Assembly (NCBI RefSeq): GCF_024521635.1
Contig: NW_026250423.1
Span: 620,001 to 684,000, forward strand
Direction of reading: 5' to 3'
Source: Tricharina praecox
Lineage: Eukaryota
DNA: 64,000 nucleotides
Part shown: positions 26,430 to 37,989 of the stretch, piece by piece
Layout: every line of letters starts with the position of its first letter
Numbering within the stretch: position 1 is the stretch's first letter
Translations under genes and position numbers: made by a program
Notes under the pieces: model-generated
Seen by the model: only the letters and a program-made list of their open reading frames with translations
Databases searched by the model: none
Told to the model about the DNA's origin: nothing

Positions 26430-28054
26430 ATGGAGAATGATAACGAGCAAACAGCACTTCCGTACCACCCCTCGCACGAGTCCCATCTGCTCCGCGTGCA
26501 GAACGACGGCTTCGAGATCGATCCCGACGAGAAGTACCTGCCCGAAGAATTCCCGAAGGTCATCGAGTCGCCGCTCGTCTGGAAGGGCGAGGAGGTGGCG
26601 GCCACGCCCGAACGGTGGATCCTCCAGCTGAGCAAGGACGATGTGGATGAGATCAAAGGAGCGATGGAAGTGTTTCTAGGTGAGTAATCCATCCATCAAA
26701 CCACCATCCACCCATACATCCAACCATCCACCCCTCCATCCATCCATCCATCGGTTTCATCGAAAGCTTACATGTCCACTCCCCTCCACCAGACACGGGT
26801 GCACTGTTTAAGGAAATCTCGCCCGCGACGTTCTCGCTGAGTCCCGAGTTACGGGAGCGCCTTGCGAAGCTCCGAGACTCGCTGTACGACGGATTGGGAT
26901 TCGGCCTGATTAAAGGCCTCAATTCTCGCGACTACACCATGAAGGAGAACATCGTCATCCACGCGGGTCTGACCAGCTACTTCGGTAGCAAGCGGGGGTA
27001 CATGGGGGCTCAGGGGAACGACGTTCTGGGTATGCGACGAAAACATCCGTTGTCGATGGTGTCCAGGAGCTCCTACTGACGGAGGGGGGTGAAGCGCACA
27101 TTCGGAACATCCAGCAGCACTTCCCGGGGCAAGATATCGTGTCCCCATCATTCACGAACGCGGCAATGGTTTGTCTGCCGCCATTCCGTCATTCCGTCAT
27201 CCCCCCGTGTGTGTGCCGCCGCTAATGCGAACGGCCAGACATTCCACACCGACCTCGGCGACATCGTCTCCATCTTCACCGCGAGCAAGGGCACCTCCGG
27301 CGGCGCGTTCCGCATCGCCAGCGCCTGGAATGTCTACAACGTGTTACGCGCGACCCGTCCAGACGTGTTACGCACCCTGAGCCAGCCGTTCGTATTCGAC
27401 ACGTGGTCTTCCCCCCCCCCCCCCCCCCCCCCCATCCCTCCCCCCGCCCCCGCCCCGCTAACCCCCCCGCAGCCTACACCCCGACAATCCCCTCGTACCA
27501 AAAACCGCTGCTGCACTTCCACGCGGGACGGGTGCTACTGCAATCCTTCCGGCGGCCATTCACGGGCTTCGGCGGCACCGCGCGGTCCGACACGCTGCCG
27601 GCACTAAGCTCTGCACAGAAACTGGGCGCTGGACACACTGCACTTCGCCGCGCTAAACAGCTCCCTCACCATCAACTTCGCAGACGGCGACCTCTGCGTC
27701 TTCAACAACCTCGCGCTGCTGCATGCTAGGGACCAGCACGAGTCGCCGTCCACGTCCCACTCCGAGTCCCACCCCGAGTCCGCGCCCGCGCCCGCGTCTG
27801 TGTCTGTGTCCGCGCCCGAGTCCACGTTCGCGACCACGTCCGCGTCCGAGTCCGGGGAAGCGAGTGCGCGCCACCTACTGAAGATGTTTGTCCGCGACGA
27901 CGACGCGGAAAGGGCGTGGAGTATCCCACCCGTGGTACAGGATCAGTGGGATGAGCTGTACGGAAGTAGAACGGACCCGCGGACCGAGGACTTTCCGTTC
28001 GATTATCCGCGCGGCGGGACGGTGCCGAATTATGGGTGGAGTCAGAATGGTTGA
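26430..28054 (+). CDS. TauD/clavaminate-synthase-like Fe(II)/2-oxoglutarate dioxygenase (multi-exon, apparent +1 frameshift at about 27625)
   Basis: FPKVIESPLVWKG, LYDGLGFGLIKGL, HxD motif TFHTD (27245-27253), GDLCVFNNLALLHAR and RHLLKMFVRD. Introns at about 26680-26792, 27030-27094, 27169-27238 and 27403-27472. Confidence 0.85.
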
Positions 28055-29130
28055 ATCGGGGATGACGGGGGGTGAACGGAGGGCGGGGTGTGAATGGGGG
28101 TGGGACGGACGGGGTGAGGCGACGGGGGCTAATGACGGGTCGGGCCGGGGATGGACAGGGGGGCGGGGAGGGGGCGCAGAGGCGTGTGGGTGGTTAAAGT
28201 GCATTCACGTGCACGTTCACGTTCACGTTTTCGACAGATTATTTCACCTGGCCAGCATTGGACGGTTTTATTCATTTATTTATTCTGTTTATTTCGTTTC
28301 AATCTCCACATTTTTGCATATGGGGGAGGTGGGGCGGGATACTCTTGTGTTTTGCTTTGAATCCTGGCGTAACTTTATTCCTTTTTCTTTGGTCTGATGA
28401 GAAATTGCTTATTCCGTCCGTTCCCTCCCCTCCCCGCAGCCCGTCCTGCCCCGTCCGGTCCTGTAGGATCTCCACATACATGCATTACCGTATGTAGCCA
28501 CGCCCACGAACGAATGGCAGGTTAGAGTTTAGTTAGGATTCTACTTCCATTCCAATAGGCAGGCAGGCAATGCAACCGTACGGCGCGGACCCGCGGGAGC
28601 CGGGGCATAAACTCCCCACAAAAACAAAAACAAAAACAAAAGACGAAGAGAGAGAGCGTAATTGTATGTAGGAAGTACTCTTATACGTATGCACGAACAA
28701 CTCACAAGCACCGAAAGAAATCGACATCATACCCAAGTAAAAAAAAGCAAAGAAAATAAACAAAAAAGAAGAAGAAAACAAACTCCACTTCGAACTCCAC
28801 CTCGGCAGACAAGCAAGCAGGCAGGCAGGCAGGTAGGTACGCTGACGCCGACACTGCTTACAAGCAACCGTTTCAATCACCCGTATCCCGTATGTACCGT
28901 AGTTATCCTGGCAAAAACCAAAACCAAGACCAAAACCAATAGCGATATGTATGTAGCTTCACATGTGCGTCCATGTGTTCCGTTCCAACCCCCCGTCATC
29001 CCCCCGCCCCCTGCCCCCCGCCCCCTGCCCCGACCCGTCCCCCGCGCCCGGCCCACCTCCCGAGCCGAGCCGAGCCGAGCCGAGCCGAACCCGCCCACCC
29101 CACTCACGTCCCTAGTCCAGCCCTATCCCG

Positions 29131-30098
29131 TCACCGCCCCACGCCTCCATCTATCCCCGCCACCGCCCCAGTCCCCGTCCCCGCCGCCTTCCCAGGCAAA
29201 CAAACCATCACCCTAACAACCAGCTCCTCGTCCTCACCCTGCACATTAACGACCATCTTCTCAAGCAACCTAAACCCGAGTCCCTCATACAGCCCTAATC
29301 CCATAGGCGAGCTTTCCACGCCCACAGCGGCGCCCTCCCTCCGCGCCTCGTCGATCCCCCACCTCGTCAGAGCGGTCCCCGCGCCGCGCCGCCGGAACGC
29401 TGGCAGCGTGCACAAAAGGTCCAGATGGAAGTTCTCGGGGTAGCGGGACGTCCAGTATGTGCTGTGTACGGAACTCATGACGGAGGAGAACGCGGAAAGG
29501 TGTAGGGGGTTGGAGTCGCGCCGGGAGTAGTGGTGCGTGAGCGACCAGGTTTCGAGGCGCGTTAGGATGCCTATAAGGGGGGGTTAGCAGGGGGGACAAG
29601 GGAGGGCGGGGGAACGGCGGGCTCACGGTGTAGGCGGTTGTAGCAGTTGTTGCGCTCGCGGCGGCGGAGGCGCGCGGCCCGCGACCGCCCGTTACGCTCC
29701 CAGAGACCGAAGGCGATGATGGTTTCCGCCTGCGGCGGGGGTGGTGCGGGGGATAGGGCGTAGTGGGCGGATTTCTCCTCGGTGGGGGCGGTGAGTGTTG
29801 CGACTAGGAGCGTGAAGCGCGGGTTGAATAGGTGCCCCTTCAGCGTCTGCTGCCAGAAGAAGTAGTTGTCCTCTGGGTACTCGTGGCGGTGTGACCACAG
29901 GTAGTCGAATGTTGGGTCGTCGGGCAGGCTGTCCACCGCTACGCGGGCTATGCGGGCGATGTCCGGGAAGGCCGCCGGCCGGACGGTGATATTGCCGCCG
30001 CCGCTGGTGCCGGTGCCGAGGCCGGTGATGTTGCTGCTGGTGTTGCTGTCGCTGTTGCTGATGGTGCTGCTATGGTCTTCGCTCAAGCTCGACGACAT
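29131..30098 (-). CDS. GNAT family N-acetyltransferase. Exons 30098-29627 and 29570-29131.
   Basis: ITVRPAAFPD near the N-terminus; acetyl-CoA motif HLDLLCTLPAFRRRGAGTALTRWG; ESSPMGLGLYEGLGF. In-phase intron 29626-29571 (GTGAGC..gctaac..TAG). Confidence 0.9.
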
Positions 30099-33000
30099 CG
30101 GTACCTGCCTATGCCGAATCCCGTGACTGATTGTTTGTTTTTTGGTTTGATTGTTTGTCTTGATTTGTTTCGTTTATCGGCACTGTAACTGTAACCCTTT
30201 GATATCGATATCGCCAATACTAATATTTTTCCACATTTTGCACGAGGAGTCATGAAGGGGGGAGAAGCCGGGCCTTTTGTGCTTCCCCCCCTCCGCGCTA
30301 TCCATTGTTTTGCCTCGACTCGAACTCAAACTTGTTGAATGAAATTTCTGACATTTTGGCTTTCTATGGCGGGCTTGCCCTGAGTGTTTTTTTTTTCAAA
30401 ATAAGTGCCCCCTTCTCACCGCTTGCTACAATGGTCAGGTATACACATACATAAGGATTTTATCAGTAATATAGTTATGCGAAACTGAGGTCGATAGCTA
30501 CCAACCATGTGAACCGAAAGTATGACAGTATCAGACAACGATTCGAAGTGGGGGTGCACCTCCGCACACGCGAGACACGATTTGATCGAGGTTTGACAGA
30601 CTTGACACACACCCGGCGAAACACGACGACAGTGGAACACACCGCGACACACGACGACCAACCCCTCGTGAGCACAAGACGGTCTTTCTCCCCAATCTCA
30701 GCCCCTCGATCCATGGCAATCTTTGTCGACTCAAGTCAAGGGCTTTTGATTGAGCCGTCCCCCTCACGTTCATGGTGGGCGGGCAGCTATGTATGGCATA
30801 TGCGGTGTAAACACCGGGGTGTGTAGGTAGGTATTGGCACGTCGTCAAGCAGCCAGCCAGCGAGCAAATGCAAATGCAAGTGCACTAAAGTGTTTTTCCC
30901 CCAACAATGCGTTAAAATGCTGAGGAATAAAGAAAGTCTTAGCGAATAACCGGCGGAAGTGCTGGGGCGGAAGGAAGGAGGGCGAGAAGGACGGAATGAG
31001 AGTGGATCCCCTCTCTTCCCGAGGGGTCGCAGGCGGTATGGTATGTACGATACCCTCTCTCTCTAATCACTACCGGACGGAGGGAGCTATTGTTGCTCCA
31101 CTCCACTCACTCCACAGCAGTCTGCGGAGTTGAGCCCAGAGGAGTTCTGCCGCTCGACGGCAGAAGTGCTGCTCGATCCAACCGACAGCTGTGTATTTGG
31201 TTAGCAACCGAATGCAAGGCGAGGCGAGGTGGGAAAAAGAGCAGACAGTACATACAGCGCTCAGCTGTCGTGTTGCTGCTTGTGCTTGTGCTTCTGCTTC
31301 TGCTTCTGCTTCTGCTGTTTTCTTTCGCAGCTTCTTCTTGCGTGACAATGAAACGTTTAGGGCGGCTGCGGAAAGAAAGAAAGTCCACAGGTATGACGAG
31401 GGCATGTTCATCGTTCCCAGGGTTCTAGACGACCGTGCTCTGCGTATGCGGCTATTTTTCTTCTTCCGTCGAGACTCGACTCGAAACGAGAGAGAGAGAG
31501 ATCTGGATCTCTGACGAGCGACCGCCGACTTCGAGATACCGTACCATGCGGGGTTCGAGCTAGACTACCGTACTATGTAGTACCGTATACGACTGCGCAC
31601 GAAGCTTCAATCTCGAGTCGCGACGGCCTTCGGAATCGGAATCGGAATCTTGTCTGCGCTGCCTGCAGAGTCAAGACAGACAACCTGTACACGCTGCAGG
31701 TTAATCAAGAGAACTGCAAGAGAACTGCAAAAGAAAGAAAGAAATAAAGAAACAGGGAAAAAACATCAGTCGAAAGGGAGCGCGCATGGCCGATCAGGCG
31801 GCACCCGTCGTGCAGAACCACCAGATGTCGAGTTCCGAACAACACGAACACCTACTATGTATGATGTAGTAGGTAGTCCGTATCCCCCCTGCTGGCTTCC
31901 GGTGCAGATTCGCCTCGTCTCTCGTCTCGTGAGACTTTCGCACTTTGCACTTGCACTTTGCGAACGTGAATTTAGCGATCAAGTCGAGTCGAGTCGAGAG
32001 AGAATGGAAAAAGGGTGTCGGAACTCGAAAGCACCGGACTAGATTCAAGAATACTCAAAGCCGTCGAGGTCGGTCGGTCGCTGATGAACTTGTTTTAACC
32101 GGCAGGCAGAGTCTTCTCCGAAAACAGCTCTGCTCTGTGTTTGCCGGAGGCTGGACAGAGACGTGAGGAAGAAAAATCTGCATGTACGTCTGTGAGTAAT
32201 CTGTAGAAAGAAGAAAAAAAGTAAGAGCACTGAGCTGACAGTGCAGCACGAGGAAGCCTGGTGCACCGGAGCGCACTCGATCAGAGAATGTGCATGTGTC
32301 CGAGGAGGTGCAAGTGCCCGAGGAGGTAGCCGCCCGGAACACGTGCAACGGCACAGCGAGCAGAAGGGGATATGACGCAAAGAATCGCCGTGGCCTGGAG
32401 GTGCAGAGACGGAACATGTGGAATGGCCTCGAGATGCAGAGGCAGAACGTGTGGCATGTGGCATGCCCGCTGTCAACCCCGGGATCGGGCGGTGATGTAG
32501 GGTATTCAGCCTTGCTGTCTTATCGATAGCTAAGGTTCGATCGCTCCGTCGTCGGTTAGTTGGGGGGGATCTCGGCCTGTCGATCGTCTCGCCATCGCCC
32601 GCCTTCCGGCCAGTCTTTGAAACAGCGAGGGAAAGCTCCGGCTTTATACCTGCTCGGTGCTCGGTGCTCAGTGGTCAGTGCCCAGTGCGAGGTGTCAGTG
32701 CTCAATCTTCTGTCTCCTGGCGGACCGCTGGCGGACCGCTGGCTGGCTGGCTAGCGGGCCGGAGCACGGACGCATCTAAGATCTGAGCTCACAATCCGAC
32801 CGGTTATAGTTGGCCGATGCTATGATAACGGACAAGGGCTCGGGGCGGTTGGGGCTCAGTCCAGTCCTCGCTTTTCTGCGCCGGCTAACTGCATATGGCC
32901 GGGGAGGGGGGGAGGGAGGAGGCCCTAGAGTCCGTATGTCACGGTCCGAACACCGGCCGGCGAGGAACTCGTTGCATACGCCGCAGCCTTACTCCTACAC

Positions 33001-33855
33001 ACCCTACAGCTGTCAGCTGCAGGTGCAGGTGCATCACCACCAAGACCAGGGTCGGACCGCCGTCGTGGTCGTGATGATCATCGCGAAGGACTAGCTACGT
33101 CTGGATAGGTGGGGGGGGTGGGACTTATGCAAGTGCTGAGGCACTGGGGACGAGATGACTAAAAGATAGAAGACCGATTGCATTTGACTAGAGAGAGAAC
33201 CGACAATGAAAGAAAAGAGCCACCTGTGTTCTTCAGGTGGTGAACCTCAAGTACCCCGAGTTGAATATCGATCCACCCCACATATGCTCAGCTTCACTAT
33301 ACTGTGCACAGTTACCTCGTACCCAAATATGTAGTGCTCACAAGCAGTGCACCGTCTGTGCGCACTGGCTGCACAACACATCACAGCACATCTTATCGCA
33401 GCCGCTGTGCACACCACACCGGGACCAGGCCTTCCACACCGGGACCAGGCCTTCCACACATGGCCACGGCTATTTCCCAGGCCAAGGAAGATCTGTGTCC
33501 GCACGACGACAGCCATCTTCGGATATCCTTACAAATGTCCACCCACGTAAGCGGTGCGATGGGCACAGCAAATTGGCTCGTGCCCTCGACGCATTTCGCT
33601 CCCCCCCCCACGGAATCCTTACGCTGGGGTCTTTGCACAGAGTTCAAGCATTAGTCCCCAAAAACCCTAGATGATGCTTTTGATACCTACCCGTCTTACG
33701 TACACCTGCATCTTCCCGCCTGCCCCTAATTAACTAAGCAAGCAGTGCCGATCCGTATCCATTCCTTCCTCCCCGCCTACCTCCCTTGACTGCCTCCCTC
33801 CCTGACTACCCCCTACTTCGTCCTACGTAGCATGCCCAAGTACCTGCTCTCTACT

Positions 33856-36078
33856 TCATACCCACCTCGCCTGTCTTTGCCCCCCCACACCTCCAGCCCT
33901 CGTCGACAACTCCGAGAGATTCGGGTCGGGATCAACCACCTCCAACAGCTCCATCAGTACATCCTCCAGCCTCCGCTCAACCGTTCGCATCACATTTACA
34001 CGCTGCGTGGCCGACATGATCGGCGGCAGTGCACACGGTGCCACCACGTTGCTGCTCCTGCTGACGTCGAGAGCGTGCTCGGCGAGCATGTTGCACACGG
34101 CACACGGCGTGTGCGAGATGCCAACCAGACCACCGATGCACTGGAATTCGGACGTCGCGAAGGGATTGTTCGCAGGGTCATGGTAGGCGGGACGTTGGTG
34201 AGATCTGGAGTGTGGGATGGTGGATTTCTTCCCTCTCTTAGCCTTGGCCTTTTGCGAGGAGCGCTCCACCGCGGCCGACCTCAGTCCCGCCAGCGCAGCC
34301 AGAGGATGGACACAGCCCTCGAAAGTCCAGTCCCCGAGGAGCTTCTTGAGCGGACTCGCCCGATCCGCCTTCCTGGCCTCGTCGCGAAAGTGGGCGATCA
34401 GCATGTCAGCATGCTCCGGTTTGAATATGCGCGGGCAGCCCTCGACGACGCTGCGCACCACGTCCTCCCACGCCGCCATTCGGCGGTCCCCCAGCTTGCA
34501 CCGCACGATGGCCACATCGCAGTCCTGCAGCACCTTGCGCAGTGTGCAGAAGCCACGCGATCCCTGGAACCGGTGCACACATTCCATCGGCCGGTATATG
34601 AGCTTCAGCCACTCGGCGCAGGCTCGCGCCCACAGGCTGGCCCCTTGGGCTAGAGGTCGGACGGAGGGGCCGCGGTAGATCGTCCCCGGCCGCGGGAGCT
34701 CGAGGATGTCGTGGACGGATCGCGAGGTGGCGTGCCGCTTGTCTTTGCCCAGCACCGCGGCGACCCAGTGGAGGTGGGATTGCAGGATGCCCGAGGAGTC
34801 GTGGAAGAGGTTGTAGAAGACCCGGACCGAAAGGTGGATGTGGCGGTGCAGGGTGGTGAAGGCGGCTTTCTCATCCTCTGGCAGGCCAGTGCGCGGGGAC
34901 GAGGACGCGTAGGATTCCAGCTCGGTGAGGTTTCGGGAGAGCTGTGTGAGGCTATGGATGAGGAAGGAGTTGAAGTCGAGGCAGGTGGTGGCGTTGTATA
35001 TGGAGTCGATGGCCGGATCGAAGCCGATGAATATGTCATCTTTGTCGTTGGCCTCCTGTTGTAACTCGGGCGTATCTCCGTTCGTACGGACTTCCGGCTG
35101 CTGTCTGTACAGCTTCTCACCCATGTTCAAGCATTCCTTTTTCCCCTTCTCCTTCTCGTCCTGTAGACATGGCTGCGTCCCTTTCCCTTCCCCTTCCCCA
35201 TTGACCTCCGTTGCCGTTTCGACTTTCATTTCACCGGCCTCCCACCGACGACGCCTCTCACACGCCCTCCACAGGCTCGGCCACTTCTCTTTCGGCCCAC
35301 CGAGCACCGCAATCCTGGTCCACAGCCTCGCACCCGTCTTCAAATTCTCTGTGAACCCCGCCTGCTCGCCCACCCACCTGTTCCCCAACTCGCCGTCCAC
35401 CCACGTCCTCGCCGCCACCTCCTCGAACGCACCCAAGAACAGCCCTCTCCCCGCCTCCAGCTTCAGCAACATCTTACCGCATTGGCGGAACAGCATATAA
35501 AAATCCAGCACCTGAAACCTCTCGTACCTCTCCTCTGGCCCGGCGCACTCCCTAAACACCCTATGCAGCCAGCCCAGAAGGACGCCGACATGGTGCTCCA
35601 GCGGCACACTCGGATTCTCGAGAAAATACGGCGTGAGCTCCTGCAGCGCCGTTTCCGCCACACCCCCAAACTCGTGCGGATCCACCTCATGCACCTCTAC
35701 CCCCCTCCCCCTCCCCTCCCCGCCCCCTGCACCATCCCCATCTCCATCCTCACCATCATCCTCACCCTCACCTCCAGAAACGAAAATGTACACGCACGGC
35801 CGCATCACGGACGGGAACCGCTGGTACCGCACGCACACTGCGATCTGCTCCGACGCCCGCCGGCTCAAAAGCTCTGCCACGCTGTCGAGTCGCCGCGTGT
35901 ACGGCTCCACTATCGGCACGGTGATTTCGAGCGCTCGTGCTGGCGAGAGGCTGCTGGAGAGGATGTGCAGCAGCGTGGTGAGGGCGCGGAAACGGTGGTC
36001 GGCTGAAGTGGCGGCTGAGGAGGAGGTGGTGGTGGTGGAAGGATGGGATGCATGGGGTGGGCTGGATGGGTGGGACAT
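33856..36078 (-). CDS. OTT_1508-like nucleic-acid deaminase-fold protein, intronless, about 740 aa, with HAE replaced by HPL
   Basis: N-terminal LDSVAELLSRRASEQIAVC and C-terminal CVHPLAAL...LVGISHTPCAVC resemble the fungal OTT_1508-like layout (LDxlAxLL..VxAV; HAE; IGxSKxxCxxC). Recalled pattern, not a database hit. Confidence 0.65.
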   Translation of the reverse strand: MSHPSSPPHASHPSTTTTSSSAATSADHRFRALTTLLHILSSSLSPARALEITVPIVEPYTRRLDSVAELLSRRASEQIAVCVRYQRFPSVMRPCVYIFVSGGEGEDDGEDGDGDGAGGGEGRGRGVEVHEVDPHEFGGVAETALQELTPYFLENPSVPLEHHVGVLLGWLHRVFRECAGPEERYERFQVLDFYMLFRQCGKMLLKLEAGRGLFLGAFEEVAARTWVDGELGNRWVGEQAGFTENLKTGARLWTRIAVLGGPKEKWPSLWRACERRRRWEAGEMKVETATEVNGEGEGKGTQPCLQDEKEKGKKECLNMGEKLYRQQPEVRTNGDTPELQQEANDKDDIFIGFDPAIDSIYNATTCLDFNSFLIHSLTQLSRNLTELESYASSSPRTGLPEDEKAAFTTLHRHIHLSVRVFYNLFHDSSGILQSHLHWVAAVLGKDKRHATSRSVHDILELPRPGTIYRGPSVRPLAQGASLWARACAEWLKLIYRPMECVHRFQGSRGFCTLRKVLQDCDVAIVRCKLGDRRMAAWEDVVRSVVEGCPRIFKPEHADMLIAHFRDEARKADRASPLKKLLGDWTFEGCVHPLAALAGLRSAAVERSSQKAKAKRGKKSTIPHSRSHQRPAYHDPANNPFATSEFQCIGGLVGISHTPCAVCNMLAEHALDVSRSSNVVAPCALPPIMSATQRVNVMRTVERRLEDVLMELLEVVDPDPNLSELSTRAGGVGGQRQARWV

Positions 36079-37989
36079 CGTGGCAGGCTGGTGGTTTGGG
36101 GGAGGGAATGAGGGGAGGTGAAGTCGGATACCTAGCAGAGAGGAGAGGGGGGTGGGCAACTGACGTAGACATTTCGCTTCGTGTTCCCGTGCTCGGAACT
36201 GGGCTGCCGGCACGGTGCGGAGGAGGGCCAGTGCGGTGGACTACCATCGGAAGGCGGATCTGTATGTACCTACATACATGATATATGATGGAACAATCGC
36301 GGGTATGTATTCTTCACTCCCCTCCCGGTACTGGCTGTGGGACGGAGCAGTAACTCGTTACCAGTCCCTCTCCTCGACCGCGGTGGATTGAGTATTCAAA
36401 CGCAACCACAAAATATCACTCGGCGGCGAGTGATAACCACTGATATGGAGACCCCCGGGAGCGGCCGATTACATACTCACTCACTCACTCACTCACTCAC
36501 TCACTCCCAGCCGATCGACTGACTAATCAGCACCCAACAACTAGTATAGTTATCCTCCACCTCGCTTACGGACTTAAGGAGGGGGAGAGTCAAGGTTCAA
36601 AACCAAACACTCACCACTATGCCCTACGGTGGTGCGTTTTGAGTGCAGCCGAGCTGTCGGACAGTGCCACAGTTGACTGTCTGCAGGGTTCATCCTGGAG
36701 GGGGGAGGTCGAACGATCTTTTGAGTATCTATCTATCGATGCACCTACTTGTGTACCTGAGTATGTAGACATGTACCTGGTAGCCTGTACTGTGTAGCCT
36801 GTAGGAAGTAGGTAGGCCAGGCCGTAACCGCCTGCTAATTATACACATACACAACCGGCCAATCGAAGGCTCGAAGAGTCGAGAGCGAAGAGTCGAACGA
36901 CAAGAATCAAAGAGTCGAAAAGTCGAAGCACTCGTCAAGGAGCACACGTCAAGAAACAGCCAACGAGTAGCCAACGAACGGCCAGTACCTACCATAGGCA
37001 ACGCATTCGCATCAGCAGAATCTGCCCACTACCTCCCAAACTCTTCCGATATGTACCTGGCGGGACCGGATCTCGGACCGACCGTGGCCCTGAGGCGGTT
37101 ACTCTACTAACCGGGCATGATACCGTGTGATCTGATGCTGTGCTTTGCGATGGATCTGGCGTTCGTTATGTTTAGCACCCGAGAGCAGGGTGAGGTACTC
37201 TGTGTAGGTGTGTATGTTGGTATTCTGTCTCGCGGCTGTCACGGTGATATGTACGCAATGCGCAGAATGTTCCCCAAGAAAAGAAGAATTACCATTCCAA
37301 AAATCCCATCCTCCAAAATCCATCTGCCAATATCCATCCACCAATATCCATCAAGCCTACTCAAGGTACTCAAGTAGTTATCTACATACAAAATCCAGTC
37401 CAAAAGTCCAAAGCCGTCCGCGTATATCCAGACATATCCCCCCATCCTCCCATCCCACCTGTCCCTCCCCCCAATCGCGGAACAAAACCAAAAATTATCA
37501 CCACAGCCACACATTTCAAAAGAGAAGAAGAAGAAGAGAAAAGAAGAAGGAGACGGGTATCAGAGAATGATAAGAAAGAAAAAAGGTACAGATACAGTAC
37601 AGATACAGAAACAGAGCAAACGGAAGAAATTTGTAAAGTAGAAAAAGTAGAAAGAAGTATAGAAGTGAAGATAATCGTATCGTGTCGTCATTAAAGCCCC
37701 ATTCCCTCCCCCTCCCCCCTCCAATCCAATCCAATCCAATCCAATCCAAACCTAAACAAAATTCCAAAGAAAAAAAAACTCCTATTCTCAATCTCCTGTA
37801 ATGATGTGCTGAAGTGAATTCCAAAATTCCCAATGGTGAAACGAAAAGAAAAAGAAAAAAAGTGGGGAGCAGTGAATGCTCAAGAATAATAAACAAAAAC
37901 AAAAACAAAGGAATGAAGAATGAATGCAAATGTTGGAGGGAAACAAAAACAAAGAACAAAATTAAACGCTACGCAAAACCTCATCCCTC

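Noticed and set aside
32500..32550. GGTTCGA suggesting a tRNA T-loop (also at about 31552)
   Set aside because: No cloverleaf or acceptor stem can be built.
30200..33800. Telomerase RNA candidate
   Set aside because: No clear TAACCCTAA-type template found on either strand.
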